Translations under genes and position numbers: made by a program
The notes under the pieces: model-generated
Database searches by the model: none
Told to the model about the DNA's origin: nothing
The model's input: the letters and a program-made list of their open reading frames with translations, nothing else
Shown here: positions 62,927 to 64,000 of the stretch, one piece after another
Numbering within the stretch: the first letter of the stretch is position 1
How the letters are laid out: each line of letters starts with the position of its first letter
Assembly (NCBI GenBank): GCA_025929895.1
Contig: JAICPI010000004.1
Location: forward strand, 5,490-69,489
Reading direction: 5' to 3'
DNA from: Thermoleophilia bacterium
Lineage (GTDB): Bacteria; Actinomycetota; Thermoleophilia; Gaiellales; Gaiellaceae
Length of the DNA stretch: 64,000 bases

Positions 62927-64000
62927 GTGGAGGCGCGCCAGGGCCGCCGGCTTGCGTGGTCCGCGGCGATCTTCTCGCTCGCCACGGGTCTCTCGCGGAT
63001 CCTCGGCCTCGTCCGCGAGATCGTCGCCGCCTACTACTTCGGCGCGCGCGGCCCTATCAACGCGTTCACGGTCGCGTTCCAGATCCCGAACCTGATCCGG
63101 ATCCTCGTCGCCGACGCAGCCCTCTCGGCCGCGTTCGTCCCCGTCTTCAGCGAGCTCCTGGAGAAGGGCGAGCGCGCTCGCGCGTGGCGGATCGCCTCGA
63201 CGCTGCTCTGGTTGCTCCTCCTCGTCCTCACCGCGGTCACCGCGCTCTTCATCCTGCTGGCGCCGCTGATCGTCCCACCGTTGACGAGCGAGTACGACGA
63301 CCTCGCCGTGACGCTCTCGCAGATCCTGTTCCCGATCGTCGTGCTGCTCGGCGTCTCGGGGATCGTCGTCGGGATCCTGAACACGTACGAGGAGTTCACG
63401 ATCCCCGCGCTGACGCCGGTGGCCTGGAACCTCGTGATCATCGCCGGCCTCGCGATCGGCGTGCCGCAGGCGGACACGACGGAGTCGAAGCTGTACGTGT
63501 TCGCGGGAGCGATCCTCGCCGGCACGGTCGTGCAGGTCCTGCTCCCGGTCCCGTGGCTCCGCGGCCTCGACGGGCGGCTGCGCGTGGCCCTCGACTGGCG
63601 AGACCCGGCCGTCTGGCGCGTGCTCACGCTCATGGTCCCGGTGACGATCAGCCTCGGCCTCATCAACCTGAACGCGGTCATCGGCACCTTCGTCGCGGCC
63701 CGCTACATCGACCCCACGATTGCGCCCAACGCGATCGACAAGGCGTTCCGCCTCTACATGCTGCCGCAGGGGATGTTCTCCGTCGCCGTGGCGACGGTCC
63801 TCTTCCCGGCGCTCTCCCGTTTCGCCGCGCGCGCAGACCTCGACGGTTTTCGCAGCACCGTCTCCACCGGCCTGCGCCAGATCTTCTTCCTGCTCGTTCC
63901 CGCGAGTGTCGCCTTCGCGGTGCTCGCCGAGCCGCTCGTGCGGCTCGTGTACGAGCGCGGCGAGTTCGAGCCCGACCAGACGCCGGTCGTGGCCGGAGCG
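62927..64000 (+). CDS. murJ: lipid II flippase MurJ/MviN (partial, runs off the right edge)
   Basis: Hand-translated from GTG 62927: VEARQGRRLAWSAAIFSLATGLSRILGLVREIVAAYYFGARGPINAFTVAFQIPNLIRILVADAALSAAFVPVFSE... The frame stays open to position 64000. It is absent from the ORF track because it has no stop. Confidence 0.85.
   Translation, partial: MEARQGRRLAWSAAIFSLATGLSRILGLVREIVAAYYFGARGPINAFTVAFQIPNLIRILVADAALSAAFVPVFSELLEKGERARAWRIASTLLWLLLLVLTAVTALFILLAPLIVPPLTSEYDDLAVTLSQILFPIVVLLGVSGIVVGILNTYEEFTIPALTPVAWNLVIIAGLAIGVPQADTTESKLYVFAGAILAGTVVQVLLPVPWLRGLDGRLRVALDWRDPAVWRVLTLMVPVTISLGLINLNAVIGTFVAARYIDPTIAPNAIDKAFRLYMLPQGMFSVAVATVLFPALSRFAARADLDGFRSTVSTGLRQIFFLLVPASVAFAVLAEPLVRLVYERGEFEPDQTPVVAGA

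Overview
This is a very GC-rich bacterial chromosomal segment (above 70% G+C by eye, not computed). Gene content and synteny look actinobacterial: a DosS/DosT-type heme-GAF kinase, a DsbA+VKOR pair, a DasR-like GntR with dre-like boxes, a CebR-like LacI/GH1 cluster, and leuS-comEA-comEC-holA / rpsT / murJ. A deep-branching Actinomycetota lineage (Thermoleophilia/Rubrobacteria-like) is my guess only.

About 60 protein genes are densely packed, and many are translationally coupled through ATGA/GTGA overlaps. I saw no rRNA, tRNA, CRISPR, transposase, integrase, phage or known defence genes.

Blocks, left to right:
- 1-2.5 kb: tail of an NDP-forming acyl-CoA synthetase, a membrane-anchored alpha/beta hydrolase and a membrane protein.
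- 2.5-15.6 kb: a putative hypoxia/NO/copper island. It holds usp-xfp-ackA, a CopB-type P1B ATPase, an FAD-oxidoreductase::CBS fusion, dosR/dosS-like genes, a 2-TM protein and nirK-dsbA-vkor.
- 15.5-24.8 kb: a YcaQ-like gene and a MurNAc/GlcNAc cluster (GntR/HutC regulator, TIM-barrel-like::MurQ fusion, nagA, SIS-only GlmS-like protein, ABC binding protein plus two permeases).
- 24.8-30.3 kb: an S8 protease and aceA-aceB with a co-transcribed FadR-type GntR.
- 30.3-32.7 kb: rsgA and a kinase-less five-PASTA membrane protein.
- 32.8-38.5 kb: a LacI-controlled ABC/GH1 beta-glucoside operon.
- 38.6-47.9 kb: a Cys-rich secreted hypothetical, an NrtR-like Nudix regulator, an orphan BMP lipoprotein, an Asp-box propeller overlapping a MoaD-like protein, PPOX-HMG-CoA lyase, a DUF255 thioredoxin-domain protein and a sulfatase.
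- 47.9-52.7 kb: a liv-type ABC system split by a 160-nt structured element.
- 52.7-64 kb: eamA, lysA, a hypothetical, a cupin, leuS, comEA, comEC, holA, rpsT and murJ (partial).

No single classic novel system stands out. The best candidates for undescribed biology are:
- the nirK-dsbA-vkor operon and its unusual upstream repeat architecture inside the DosS-type island;
- the TIM-barrel-like::MurQ fusion;
- the overlapping beta-propeller/MoaD-like pair;
- the structured element inside the liv operon;
- an attenuator-like leuS leader.

All functional calls come from motif recognition by eye. No searches were run.
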